NCBI GenBank assembly: GCA_004764695.1
Contig: SMSO01000033.1
Span: 930,001-994,000 of the forward strand
Length of the DNA stretch: 64,000 nt
Direction: 5' to 3'
Source of the DNA: Schizochytrium sp. TIO01
Taxonomy: Eukaryota > Protista > Bigyra: Labyrinthulomycetes
In this document: piece after piece, positions 11,001-21,002 of the stretch
Numbering within the stretch: position 1 is the stretch's first letter
Layout: each line of letters opens with the position of its first letter
Made by a program: the position numbers and the translations under genes
Notes under the pieces: generated by a model
Told to the model about the DNA's origin: nothing
Databases searched by the model: none
Seen by the model: the letters and a program-made list of their open reading frames with translations, nothing else

Positions 11001-12356
11001 CAAAGTCTCATTGAAAGTTGTACTCAATGGGCAAAGTGATATTGTAGCACCGGTTACCAGAAAAGGCAAGGTACACACGCCAAAGATATTAGATTGTTAG
11101 TCGTGGAATTTTTTCTAACTTTTGCCGCTTTTGAAGAGGCAGTACATTTTTTCGTATTCCACAGCGTCACCATTTTAAAATCATTGTGTTAACTATTGAA
11201 AAGTCTCAAGTGTTTAAAAATTATTTTCAAACAGTGAAGACGGATATGGATACAGTCAGATCAGGGAGGGAATGCAACATGGAGCTCGCAGCAGGTCAAC
11301 TCGTAGTCAAGCTTGACTATCCTGGCATCGACCCCTTTTCACTAAGAATTGGATCTAGCAGAGCAGATACACCCCTCTTCACGTGGATCAGCAATTTAAA
11401 TTTGCCAGCACAGAGAGCTTTGACGGGGGCATGGTGCATATGGGCAACAATTTGACTATAAATCAGCCCGTTGCAGATAAGGAGCACCTTTTTTAGCCAA
11501 GACGTACTCATAAAGGATCGTGATTCTTGGCTCACGGAAGTTGTATTGAACCTACCAAAGGGTACGCACGTCGCTGTTGATTAGCAGTATTTTGATGGAA
11601 CATCTCCCACTGCCTGCCAAAGGGCAGCTCAAACAATGCTCAACTCTTTCCTGGTTTCGATCAAATAAACCAGCGGTAGCATTTGCACACCTACAGGAAT
11701 GCGCCAAGAACCAAGAGCCTCCATCACAAGATCAGAAATGTGGCATTTCTTTACACTCAATCTATTCAATCAGAAGTCCGACCATGCAAACTCTACGCTA
11801 TGCATAGACGTTTTGGTGGGTATGGGTGATACTATCGAAGAGGGTTGCACTTTAGAAACCTGCGAGCGAAGTCAAGACAGGAGTTGCGAATATGCCTCGA
11901 ATACACAAGGATGCAAGAGGGAATGCAACGTTGTATAGCCGGTAGACGGTGTTCTCGGTGAAAGTGAGTTAAAGTGCCTCACAAAACGTGATGATGCGAA
12001 GGCATAAGACTGATTCTTATTTTACAAAGTTTATCGCAATAGATAGAACCTGAGTTCACCCTACTTATAAATGCACCTGCACCACTTATCCAATTCTTTG
12101 TTGACTCTTATTTTTTTACTAAAGACTCTGATTTCATGAAGCAGTCCATCAATAAAAGCAAACTAGCTTAAGAAAACAGAGTGAAGGTTTTTCATTTCAC
12201 AACAAACAAAAATGTGGAAATACGGGGAATAGTAATATAGGAGAGGCTGTTAGAAAGGAAGTGTCATAACATAATCATCTTTTTTTTATAATTTTTTTTT
12301 TATAAAAATGTTCTAAAGAAAGGGTAAAGAATATAGGAAGCAAGCTACATAATATT

Positions 12357-15300
12357 TTAGAATGCATCACCATACTCAGCTAGAGCGCGAGGAACATCTT
12401 GAGAGAATACAATCTCCATGAAAGATCTGTACTCCAACGTGCGTTCTTTCGACATGGCAAGTCCGAGAGCGCGGGGCTTGAATACAAAATCCGTTATCTC
12501 ATCGCGCACAGATTCATTAAAGTCTGGGTTTGTAGCGAAGAGAGCAAGAATAAAGTTCTCCCTACTTACCCAACCATGGTGATCAATATCATACGAGTTG
12601 AAGTTTTTGAGAAGCTGGTCCCTCCGCCGTAAAAAAGAGGAGCTAAAAGTTCGCATCATTGTGCGCACACGGTCAGCTACATTTTCTCTTTCTTGTGCTG
12701 CCTTGACAACTGCCTCATACTTCAGAATATTGCTATCAGACGAGTTTGAGTTTTCAAACAGGTCGGGGATCTGACCTGTCGTCACACTGCTCAATACTTC
12801 CTCATAGTTAATCAGCCCATCTCCGTTTCTGTCAAAGAGGCGCATCAAAGTTAACTTGTCACGCTCGTTACTCAGGTAAATATCATATCGGCGTAACATG
12901 TTCCGAAATTCGTCCCATGAAACTGAGCCCGAGCTATTCTCATCCACCTCCTTGAATTTGAGCAAGAGGTTTGTATCGGCTTCGCGTAGAGTCGAGAGCT
13001 TTTGAAATAGAGCAGCAGTTGCGACCTCAAGACTTGCATTCACAGGGGAGGAGGCTGCAGATGGACCCTGATTAGCAGCATTAGCAGTTCCGCTATAGAG
13101 CGGTTTGGCCTTACGTAAGGCAGCAGCGAATTCGTGATAGTAGATCCGTCCGTCACCGTCACGATCGTAGTGACGCACAAGAGTGAGGCGTTCATGCTGG
13201 GTCAATTCTTCACCAATGAGCCCGAAATCCAAGGCCCACTTGGCCACGAGCTCTCCCAATTGATCTGGATGAATATATCCCCTGTTCTCGCGATCGATAA
13301 CGCGAAATGCTTCCGTAACATTTACATGGTTTTCAGCTAGAATCTCCGCAAGCATGCTGGCAATAGCGTCTACGTTGCTTTGAGGAAAGAGCTGTGGGTG
13401 CTCTTCCATAAGATCAAGCGTCTCTTTGTCGGCACTTATGATTTCGAACTCCTGTGTACAAGCGCCGGTCTGAGGAAACATGAACTGAATTCGTGTACCT
13501 ACATAAAAATCTGAAGAACGAATATATCTCGCAGAGAATTTTGACGCATTTGAAGCCACAGCCTTATCCTGCATAACCTGCTCAACAAACTCTGTGAAAT
13601 CAATAGCAGCATCATTTGAATGGTCATACATACTAAAGAGCTCGTTTAGCTCTTCATCAGAAAATGCAGCGTTCAAAACACCAATTGAACGAAGTCCAAT
13701 TCGGAAATTGTCGAATGAAATTCGCCCGTGCTGGTCTGTTCCAAATTTCCTAAAAGCACGCAAAAGTCCATACGGACCACCGACCATGCGCGATTGAATT
13801 TTCTCGAGAATAGCATCCTTTAAAGCTTGCTGTTTAGCTGATTGCTTGTGTTTCTTTTCAAGCACAGGTTTCTTGTACCTGCCGCGTGCAAGAAACTTTC
13901 CACCGACTATACCAGTGTTCGGGATCGGAGGCTCATAGATTGCACAAGTATCATCATCCATGTAGTAGCTGATGAGAAATTTACGGCCGTGGTCTTCTGC
14001 CCTCGGTTCAACAAATCGCGCAGAAAACTTGAGAACCTTGCCTGTATTATTGAGATATCGGTGAAGGTCCTGGGTGACTGCTTTAGGTACAAGATTAATA
14101 CAGTTGGCTAACGAATCTGCTTCAGACCCCCAACCGTTATAGGGAGGAATCACCTTGGTAATCACCTTCGCAGGGGGCTTTTCTACATCAACGGTAGGCT
14201 GTGATATGTCGAGCACGGTTTCGAAATATCTCATCGTAAACTCATCAAGGCACTGAAGGATGAGAAGTTTGCGACCATTGCAAGCTACGTAATGACCACA
14301 TACCAAGTCTTTGGGGCTCACAAACCCACCCTTGGGGTTTTCTTTATCATAAAGCAATTTCCCGCGCTTATACAAGGTACTTGCAACCCCCTTTTCATGA
14401 ATAGCAATTGAATCGTCAACAAGGTAGTAGTTGAGTTGATAAAAGTGCTTTTCACCATAAAGCCTTGTTGTGTCATCCCAGACACAGGAAAGGCGCAGTA
14501 CACCCTTTCGTACTCTATTACCTGTTGTATACTTACCGAACGATACTGTGTTGAGATTGGAACCATGCCCCATACTGGCGCCTTGCAGGGAAGGAATTGA
14601 TGTATTTCTACCTCCTAGACCTGACTTACTCAATTTCATCCGATGTTCGTCCTCCGGATACGGTTTCGGTGCCCCCGCATCAATCCCCTTCTCTGCAAGC
14701 CACTGACGAGTTTTCGGATCTACATCTACAATATAATATAAGATTCCAAAGAGCCTGAAGTTTTGGCCGATGAAAAGCTGAGTTGGATCAAAGCTCTCCC
14801 CATCTTCTCGTGTCAGTATTGCACGCTTCACCAGCACACCTTGAGGCAAACCTGAGTTTCGCTCCCGTGGTTCACGTATAGAGATACTGCCGTCCTCTAA
14901 AAAGAAAAGAAGCGCACATCGACGAACACGAAGGGTTTCTGCAGCACTTTCAAAAACAGGTTCGCAAAAATACAAAAAAAAGCGTAGCACATCTTTGTCA
15001 TGCTTGATCCATGTTGGTGGTACTCGTAAAGAGGGCATCGACTTGCAAATTGAGAGAGAAGATTCCTTTTTCTTGATTGGAGCAATTGCAAGGCTTTGTA
15101 ATTCGCGTTTGAGTGCAAGCTGTTCTTCAATACCTTTGTATTGCTCTAGTAGCGCAGCTTTGTGTTCCTCAAGGGCATCGAGACTCGCATTTAGTGTTGG
15201 TGCGTTCGGCAGCTCAGCAAGTTTAGGTTTATTACTCATTCTTGCAATTTTGGCTTCGTTTTCAGCCTGCTGGATGATGTGACTCTTTCGGGCATGGCCC

Positions 15301-15437
15301 AATGGGTTATTACCTTCTTTATTTGGGGGGCAAAGTCCAGGCACACTCGGCATTTTCCCAAAACTCATTGCGCGTTGAAGTTGCCTAGTCCTATCCACTT
15401 CGACACGTTCATCTTCGCTAGCCATTTGCGAATTCAT
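12357..15437 (-). CDS. EFHC1: EFHC1/EFHC2/Rib72-family axonemal microtubule inner protein: 3 DM10 domains plus multiple EF-hands (~1026 aa)
   Basis: DM10 signatures DKDVLRFFLYF...FFLEDGSISIREPRERNSGLPQG, VLRLSCVWDD...YYLVDDSIAI and VLKFSARF...YYMDDDTCAIYEPPIPNTGIVGGKFL. Family motif IPPYNGWGSEADSLANC. EF loops DRDGDGRIYYHEF, DENSSGSVSWDEF, DRNGDGLINYEEV. First ATG is 15437 (alternative 15425); the ORF track starts at GTG 15452. EFHC1 versus EFHC2 orthology is not resolved. Confidence 0.9.
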   Translation of the reverse strand: MNSQMASEDERVEVDRTRQLQRAMSFGKMPSVPGLCPPNKEGNNPLGHARKSHIIQQAENEAKIARMSNKPKLAELPNAPTLNASLDALEEHKAALLEQYKGIEEQLALKRELQSLAIAPIKKKESSLSICKSMPSLRVPPTWIKHDKDVLRFFLYFCEPVFESAAETLRVRRCALLFFLEDGSISIREPRERNSGLPQGVLVKRAILTREDGESFDPTQLFIGQNFRLFGILYYIVDVDPKTRQWLAEKGIDAGAPKPYPEDEHRMKLSKSGLGGRNTSIPSLQGASMGHGSNLNTVSFGKYTTGNRVRKGVLRLSCVWDDTTRLYGEKHFYQLNYYLVDDSIAIHEKGVASTLYKRGKLLYDKENPKGGFVSPKDLVCGHYVACNGRKLLILQCLDEFTMRYFETVLDISQPTVDVEKPPAKVITKVIPPYNGWGSEADSLANCINLVPKAVTQDLHRYLNNTGKVLKFSARFVEPRAEDHGRKFLISYYMDDDTCAIYEPPIPNTGIVGGKFLARGRYKKPVLEKKHKQSAKQQALKDAILEKIQSRMVGGPYGLLRAFRKFGTDQHGRISFDNFRIGLRSIGVLNAAFSDEELNELFSMYDHSNDAAIDFTEFVEQVMQDKAVASNASKFSARYIRSSDFYVGTRIQFMFPQTGACTQEFEIISADKETLDLMEEHPQLFPQSNVDAIASMLAEILAENHVNVTEAFRVIDRENRGYIHPDQLGELVAKWALDFGLIGEELTQHERLTLVRHYDRDGDGRIYYHEFAAALRKAKPLYSGTANAANQGPSAASSPVNASLEVATAALFQKLSTLREADTNLLLKFKEVDENSSGSVSWDEFRNMLRRYDIYLSNERDKLTLMRLFDRNGDGLINYEEVLSSVTTGQIPDLFENSNSSDSNILKYEAVVKAAQERENVADRVRTMMRTFSSSFLRRRDQLLKNFNSYDIDHHGWVSRENFILALFATNPDFNESVRDEITDFVFKPRALGLAMSKERTLEYRSFMEIVFSQDVPRALAEYGDAF

Positions 15438-16577
15438 GATAAATTTTGACACAATAGATACGGGCTTTTCACTAGCCTAGGGACTCTTTAATCTCGTGAA
15501 GTCGCCAGCACGCCAAAGTCGCGCCGCTCGGCTCGCAGCGATTACAAACGTGGTATGCACCTTAGCAGTGCTGAGTATCAAAATTGAGAAGCGGGTAGCC
15601 AGAATGAGAGATTTATCCACCGTTTATAAATGGGTGCTTGGCGTTGACCCTTGCTAAGCTAAACCCAAGCTAGGTAAGTTAGGCTAGCTCAACCAGCTTT
15701 CCGCAAGCTTGCTCGTTGCGTGCTTGCCTGAAGCCTAACTTGATAGTTTGTTCCTTGGCGACCTTGAACTTATTAAGTACTTGGTGGTCCACAGCAAAAG
15801 AGAACGTTGGAAATGTTTTGGAGTGATGCCGTTTTGTTTCATCCTAATAAGTGCCATTAGATGTTTTATGACTGTGCTATTTCATAAGAGGTAACGTGAC
15901 TTGGTTGGGCTCTCAACGGTCAAATTTTTCCCGGAACATTTGGATCACTGTTACAAGGATTATTAATTATAATCATGAAAGTAATCACAATTGGTAGATA
16001 GTAGGCATAGGTTTGACATTAGTAGTGAACATCAGGCTTGAAGAGTACTACAAAATGAGTGTAATTGGCTTGATGTTTGAACTAGGTTCTGTTTGTTGTC
16101 TCTCTACAGCAGCCGGATCATCAACAAATGATGTTTGTACATGGTAGGTACTACATTATTAGGAACTTTTAATTTTGTGGAAGTATTATATTATGGAAAT
16201 AAGGTAAAGTAGAAATTATTGCAGAAGCTTGGCTTGTTTCGGTGGTGATTAATCTTCTTTACCATAGAGGTGACTAATAGGTACTATTTATTGGTGTTTT
16301 AGTTTCTAACCACATTGCCAGCAGTTGAAAAGAAGAATCAGGTTCTTCTACACAAAATGCAAACACTTGCATAAGCTTTTGCATCTTTTTGTAAGGTTCT
16401 ATTCGACTACTTTTTACGATGAGGCGTCTTTGTGTATAAATATATATATTACTTGTGATGGTTGCCCTTGAAGCTTGCGCGTTTGCTTAAATAGATACAT
16501 GAGTATGTTTATAAGGAAGGGCTAGTTTGCCAGGTCTACGACATGTAAAGTTTTCTGGTTTATAATTAACAAAGACA

Positions 16578-16626
16578 ACTAAATGATATATTTGGTGTGG
16601 ACTAAATGGTATATTTGGTGTGGACT
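16578..16626. repeat. 23-bp tandem duplication (actaaatg[a/g]tatatttggtgtgg x2) downstream of the SH3 gene
   Basis: Two adjacent copies, 16578-16600 and 16601-16623, with one mismatch. Confidence 0.85.
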
Positions 16627-16658
16627 TGGAAAAAAGATAAAATATAAGTACGTAATAA

Positions 16659-17888
16659 CTAGCTCTCGTTGTTGTAAAATTTTGAGACGCGCTCCGACAG
16701 ACTTTTTCGGTCCTCTTCGATTTGGAGGTTCAGTTGTCTTTTCAAGGCCTCGACTTGCGCCTCGATGTCGTGAGCCTTTGCGACCACATCCTCATTTCTT
16801 CCTTGTGCTTCGGCCAAAGCGTGGTGAACTTGATTGAGAGAGGTTTCTATAGCGTCGAATTCCTCTTCCCTCTCCCGAATTACCTTTTCATATAAAGCAT
16901 CGTGATCCGCAAAAATTCTAGTCAAATCAACAGCATCTCCTCCCAGTGAGGTTGAAAGCTGTTGGCCAGGAGAAGGTTGGCGAAACGGTTGGAGCTGGTG
17001 GTGCGACGCCTCGTTTGCCCGAGCTGGCGATGGTTCAGGTGCCTGATCTCCTCGGTAGAAGGCCGGGTTCTGGAAATCAATGGTAGCATCGGTAGCCTCT
17101 AAGGTTTCCAGCAAATGTTGGGGCAACCTTGGGTCTGAAAGTCGACGAATTGGGCCAATTCGCGAGGTACGCGTGGGCGAACTTTCCCGAGGGCTCCCCA
17201 TACGGTTACTGCGCTCGCTAGTGATTCCCCTATCCGATCCTCCAGTGCGCGGCCGGCTTTGGTGTTGAGATGAAGATACCTGTTGGTGCGGGGCACTCTT
17301 TGCTGCAGGCTCTGATCCTGGGTTTTTAATGATGTAGTCTATGAAGGTTTATGATATAAATATAAATATATAGATATGGTAAAAGGTCCATTTCAGACGA
17401 CAAAATGGTATGCATTGGAGATTTAGAATAAGTAATTGGTTAGTCGTTGTCTAGAAATCGCATGTGTTAGCGAATCTCCATTATGGGTTTCATCTCTTCA
17501 TCTACCTTCTCACATAGAAGGTGGTGTGAATTGATTTCCGCATGTATTTCGTGCATTTCAAGCGAATTATACCTAGTGATGTCTGTCCCACAAGAGCTTC
17601 TCATATTCCCTCTTGTAGTTCAAGGCTAGATGCACAGGCTTTTATTGGAGAACCTCTTTAAACCTCAGCAAACTTACTTGTCGGCACGTATCCCTTTTGC
17701 GCAGGTGAGGCAAGGGTCTCAACGAGCGTCCAGCCATCTTTGGAAAGAATTTCTGCCGAAAGACTCGCATGATCAGATGAACTCATGCTAGATGGGACCA
17801 CAAGCTTTACGAGATCGCCTTTTGTAACTGAGAGTTCGCCATCATCTTCCGCGCGAAAGGTGTATCGCACTTTGTACAAGAGCGCCAT
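16659..17888 (-). CDS. SH3-domain protein with C-terminal coiled coil; two exons (17888-17678 and 17338-16659), 296 aa
   Basis: Exon 1 encodes SH3 motifs YTFRAEDDGELSVTKGD...GW...GYVPT. A GTAAGT donor at 17677 and a ttcatAG acceptor at 17340-17339 give a 339-bp intron. Splicing restores the canonical SH3 end GYVPTNYI and joins in frame to the 16659..17201 ORF (211+680=891 nt). Confidence 0.9.
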
Positions 17889-19213
17889 GGTGGTCTTGCA
17901 ATGAGCTCCTCAATACTCCGATCCTGGCACAACGTTGGACAACCTCTGTAAAAAAAAAGGACGTGGAGTGTCCCGCACAAAGAGTTCTCACGTGGGAGCC
18001 AGAACTTGCTTCGCTTCGGCTCGCCAAACGCAGCTCACTTGAAGCCCAAGACTTCTTCGGTTTTGCATCTGCGATTCTAATCATCTTGTTAGCATTCATC
18101 GTTGCACAACGTTCGACGGAGAACCAACCTATTATTGCTATGATATTATTGAAATCATACACAACGCTAGGTAGAACCTAAGTATTCGTACTCGGTAGAA
18201 AGCACCAACGAGAACACTCACTACCTATCATTCATTAGGGGTAGGTAAAATCGCAAGTCAAGACATATCTCTCTGCAATGGGAGGGAAGAGGCAGTTGTA
18301 TTTGTATTCTATAAATTCAGGAAGCCGCGACACAATCAATGATTCCAACGCTGGTCAGGATCTAAGGCTACCATGCCAATTTAAAGTCAGCATTAGTTAG
18401 ATTTTGCCAAATTCTGTAAGAAATACAGAATTTATTTTCTCAAATATAAGACCCTACCTAGGCTGCTGTTTTGTTTGCCAGGTTCCTTTCGCCAGATGGT
18501 ATTGCGGTGTACTGTACATCATGGATGTGCTAAGTCGCAGTAGGCCTTGTAAGTATTTCCAGCGAGTTTTTCAGTTGCTCAAAATGACATATCGACAGAC
18601 GCAAACAGTTCAAAAACGAAAACATATCTCACACCAGCAAAGGTTGCTTTTAATTTGCAAGGATGGTACTTTGAATTGTATCTCGGCAAGAAATAAATCT
18701 TTTTACTTTCATTTATACAATGAAACTATGATGAGGAACATATTTTACTTCATTTTAATTTAGGCAGCCTGTCCATGAAAAGCAAGCCTCGATATATGCA
18801 GATCAAGACATTCTAGAAGAAAAGAAAACCAAGGCGTGGGTGAATGACGTGGACCGTCGTGTGATTTGGCTAATTTGGCTGATTTGAACCTTGTTGAACA
18901 GACCCTTCCTCCATAGTATGTTATTTCCACTCTGACTACCTACTTTTAACTCAAGTCAACAAATGGTAGCTAGCTTCATAATTTCGTAGTATCACAGTGG
19001 TATTTATTTAATTACTTATTATCTTCATCGCAACTCCAATCTTCAATCTTCTTGCGCTAGACCCAACGCCTCTCTCCTGCACTCGCCCCATCGAGATCCG
19101 TGGACAGGCCTGCTAGGGCTATCGTCTCTGTTGTGTTTTTTCCGACGGAGGAAGAGCAACTCAGGGTGTGTGAGAAGCATCTTGCAAAGACTGGCAAGAA
19201 AAGCTTTGCAGGC

Positions 19214-20311
19214 ATGGGCGATGAGGTCTTCGTTCGGGTGGGCTGCGAAGAGCCAAGCGCAGGTGGTTCCCCTCAAGGCTGGCTGGACGCTTGCCACCCT
19301 GTGAGTCCGTACGCTGCAAAATCCGAGCAGATGGAGGCCTTTGGTCTGCAGGAGGCAGTGGCAAAGCCCATCCAGTTCGGGGACTACAAGCTCGACGTAG
19401 CCGCCGGCGCAAGCGTTAACTGTCATGAAGTCACCTTCTGTGCTCACGGGTCGGGTACGCACACTGAATGCATGGGACATATCACAGAACAACGTGTGGA
19501 GATTGGGTCTTGTGCTATTCCTGTTCTTGCTTCCGCGGTTCTGGTCTCTGTGAGCCCAGGCCGCGCTCGAGCGATGGATTTGGAGGATGCCATGGCAGTG
19601 GGCGACCGCATTATAACGCGGGAGGTACTGAAGAAGGCAGTGAAGGGACAGTTAAAACAATTCAGTGGCGAGAGACAACTTGATGCCCTTTGTGTGAGGG
19701 TTATGGGCACCTACAGCCGCGACTTCCATCGAGCACGAAAATTCACCAACACGAACCCACCTTATTTCACACGTGACGCAATGTACTACATGCTGGAACT
19801 CGGCGTCAGACACCTGCTCGTGGACCTTCCGTCGATTGATCGCGAAGAAAGTGGACCTCTCATGCCGAACCATTCTATCTTCTTTGGTCTTGAGCCGGGC
19901 TGCAAAGATGCAGCCTTGGCGATTCGCCCCAAGGCGACGGTCACAGAAAGCTGTAACTTTTATAATGACATCGGGGATGGTGAGTACATTCTATCGTTAC
20001 AGGTTTCACCTATTGAGATGGATGCAGCCCCTTCTCGACCCAAGCTATTGCCCCTTACCTCGGCAACGTGCCAAGTGTCAAATAAGGTGAAGCTTGCCAT
20101 TGGTGCTAGTATTGCCATATTAGGTTTTGCAAGCTTAGCTTACGTTTGTTGGACTTTGTGCTCCTCCTCATCACCCTCAAACCATCAAGCAGAAAAACGT
20201 ACGGTGCGTGGTAGCCAAACATCATCATCTTCGCTCACCTCTTCCACCAGTGGAGCCAATAGCAATGGCCCCTCATCCTCGGGCTATGCTCGCTACTCTG
20301 CTAAACACTAG
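19214..20311 (+). CDS. Cyclase-family metal-dependent hydrolase (KynB-type kynurenine formamidase-like) with C-terminal transmembrane helix, ~365 aa
   Basis: Metal-binding motif HGSGTHTECMGH (HxGTHxD/ExxxH), plus NPPYF, LLVDLPSIDRE and TE...DAAPSRP. Hydrophobic segment LAIGASIAILGFASLAYVCWTL precedes a Ser-rich tail. First in-frame ATG is 19214. Confidence 0.85.
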   Translation: MGDEVFVRVGCEEPSAGGSPQGWLDACHPVSPYAAKSEQMEAFGLQEAVAKPIQFGDYKLDVAAGASVNCHEVTFCAHGSGTHTECMGHITEQRVEIGSCAIPVLASAVLVSVSPGRARAMDLEDAMAVGDRIITREVLKKAVKGQLKQFSGERQLDALCVRVMGTYSRDFHRARKFTNTNPPYFTRDAMYYMLELGVRHLLVDLPSIDREESGPLMPNHSIFFGLEPGCKDAALAIRPKATVTESCNFYNDIGDGEYILSLQVSPIEMDAAPSRPKLLPLTSATCQVSNKVKLAIGASIAILGFASLAYVCWTLCSSSSPSNHQAEKRTVRGSQTSSSSLTSSTSGANSNGPSSSGYARYSAKH

Positions 20312-21002
20312 CGATATACAACATCCCATTTGTTGTGATGAAGTGAATCTATGATGTTAAAGCTCGCTTGAACAGAATAAGCTTATATTTTTTCCACTAC
20401 ACGAGTAGCAGCAACTCAGCAGTATCATTCACCACAGTTATTCAAAAGAAAAATCTCCTTGCCTGTCCAAACTGTGCTGCCACGTAGATTCCGCAAAAGT
20501 TCACAAGTTTTTCAGGGTGTTAATCTTCAAGATTAAAAACTTAATAGTTGTGCTTTATAAAGAAACAAAGCTGGAATTGCAGTTTTGATGCTATTATTAA
20601 ATGCTGATGTTTATCATTTTAAAAAGGAAAGAGAGATGGCATCCTTGTTTTCAACGGTGAAACGTTCGAGTCACTAGGCTGCAAAAAGTCCATAGTGGGC
20701 TTATCTACAGCTAGCTTTGCTTACTCTACGATGCTTGCACCAAGACCTGAAGATTCACCTTGCAGAAGTGGGAAAACTGCGCACATGAACCAAAAGTCTG
20801 AGCTCGCCTTCTTTGCTCGCTCGCCTTGCCGTCGCGCCTGACGCCAGCGCTGTTAAATTTCTTGGGTTGGCAACTTCGTCTTTGCCAAGTCAAAATTATC
20901 TTCTTCTTCACTTGCCTTCACAGACCAGCCCCATGCATTTCGGGCCTTGACCTCAAGGTAATAGTGATTAAATTTGTCACGTTGCTACTCGGTCAGGGAA
21001 AT

